Source of the DNA: a virus
Lineage: Duplodnaviria; Heunggongvirae; Uroviricota; Caudoviricetes
IMG/VR virus record: IMGVR_UViG_3300010429_001737
Length of the DNA stretch: 44,640 bases
Direction: 5' to 3' (one strand)
Each line of letters starts with the position of its first letter. Position 1 is the first letter of the stretch. The notes under the pieces were generated by a model. That model had not been told where the DNA came from. It saw nothing but the letters and a program-made list of their open reading frames with translations, and did not search any database. Positions 44,122-44,640 of the stretch are shown one piece after another. A program made the position numbers and the translations under genes.

Positions 44122-44345
44122 CAAATGACTTAAATGATGACCAATATAATTACTGTCCGGTTTGTGGTGTTATTTGGGAATTGCATCCCGAAGGAGATTG
44201 TGATGAAGGAAGACTTATTGAGTTAGAAAAACCTAGATTTTACATGCTAGATTTGGATAATTATACTGATGACTTTTTAAAAGAGATTATTTTATGGATG
44301 GATAAGAAAATTGAATTTCTTGAGGCCAAAAATGAAAAAAACTAA
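44118..44345 (+). CDS. Small Cys/His protein (start revised from 44058)
   Basis: ATGA overlap; YCPVCG..WELH...C. Confidence 0.55.
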   Translation: MTNDLNDDQYNYCPVCGVIWELHPEGDCDEGRLIELEKPRFYMLDLDNYTDDFLKEIILWMDKKIEFLEAKNEKN

Positions 44346-44493
44346 TCCAAAATGCTTAATGTATAAAAAAGGAAAATGTAATTCAGATTATAATAAAAAC
44401 CAACCTTGTGACTTAAGTAAATGTCCATACAATTATGGAAATTTTGCTATGGCTGTAAGAGACAGTAAAAATAGAATAAAAAAGATGAAATAA
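44332..44493 (+). CDS. Small Cys-rich protein (start revised from 44311)
   Basis: C...C...C...C pattern. Confidence 0.5.
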   Translation: MKKTNPKCLMYKKGKCNSDYNKNQPCDLSKCPYNYGNFAMAVRDSKNRIKKMK

Positions 44494-44524
44494 TGTAACT
44501 ATGTCGTTACACTAAAAGTATGTC

Positions 44525-44540
44525 AAAGTATATATACTAG
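44525..44540 (+). promoter_or_regulatory. Class A promoter (variant)
   Basis: AAAGTATATATACTAG. Confidence 0.7.
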
Positions 44541-44557
44541 AAAGTATTATATTATAT

Positions 44558-44640
44558 ATGACATCAAACACATTCAATATTAATACTATCAACATTCCTA
44601 ATTTATCATTTAATAAAGAGGGTTTCATTATATTACCACA
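44558..44640 (+). CDS. ORF truncated by the window end
   Basis: MTSNTFNINTINIPNLSFNKEGFIILP..., open to the last base, downstream of a class A promoter. Confidence 0.5.
   Translation, partial: MTSNTFNINTINIPNLSFNKEGFIILP

Noticed and set aside
1-44640. CRISPR array, DGR or retron reverse transcriptase, rRNA, IS transposase
   Set aside because: No regularly spaced repeat-spacer units, no RT YxDD motif, no rRNA-like GC-rich tract and no DDE or HUH transposase motif seen
44558-44640. Window being a complete circular or terminally repeated genome
   Set aside because: No terminal direct or inverted repeat visible; joining the end to the start would close the last ORF after only 31 aa, which is not evidence either way

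Overview
AT-rich, densely packed dsDNA virus-like genome segment, most consistent with an archaeal virus. The support is archaeal TTTATATA/TTTATAAA TATA promoters (many near-leaderless), GGAGGTGA Shine-Dalgarno sites, T-rich terminators, many membrane-anchored proteins with N-glycosylation sequons, and many small Zn-finger, RHH and HTH proteins. I see no HK97-type capsid, portal, terminase or tail genes. There is instead an FtsK/HerA-type ATPase next to beta-rich membrane-anchored candidate virion proteins. Recognisable genes: RNA-primed family B DNA polymerase, ATP-dependent DNA ligase, family-4 uracil-DNA glycosylase, DEDD exonuclease, tyrosine recombinase with an unusual HNH-like N-terminus, DenV-like glycosylase fused to a DUF559/Vsr-like nuclease, HNH and PD-(D/E)XK nucleases, a Cys-repeat transglutaminase-like protein, a metzincin-like protease, a ParB-like protein and one irregular tRNA(CAT). 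The best candidate for a new system is the operon directly upstream of polB. It holds a thymidylate-synthase homologue with Asp at the base-specificity position (dCMP type, not ThyA), a dimeric dUTPase/dCTPase-like protein, a DUF1599/Nmad1-like protein and a restriction-like nuclease, which together suggest cytosine-modified DNA. Other signals are two distinct repeated promoter classes (12 and 6 copies), an origin- or lox-like repeat region at a strand switch (about 40.2-40.8 kb), a three-copy microprotein family and structured non-coding segments with an anti-SD-like 16-mer. All family calls come from motif reading by eye; no database search was run.
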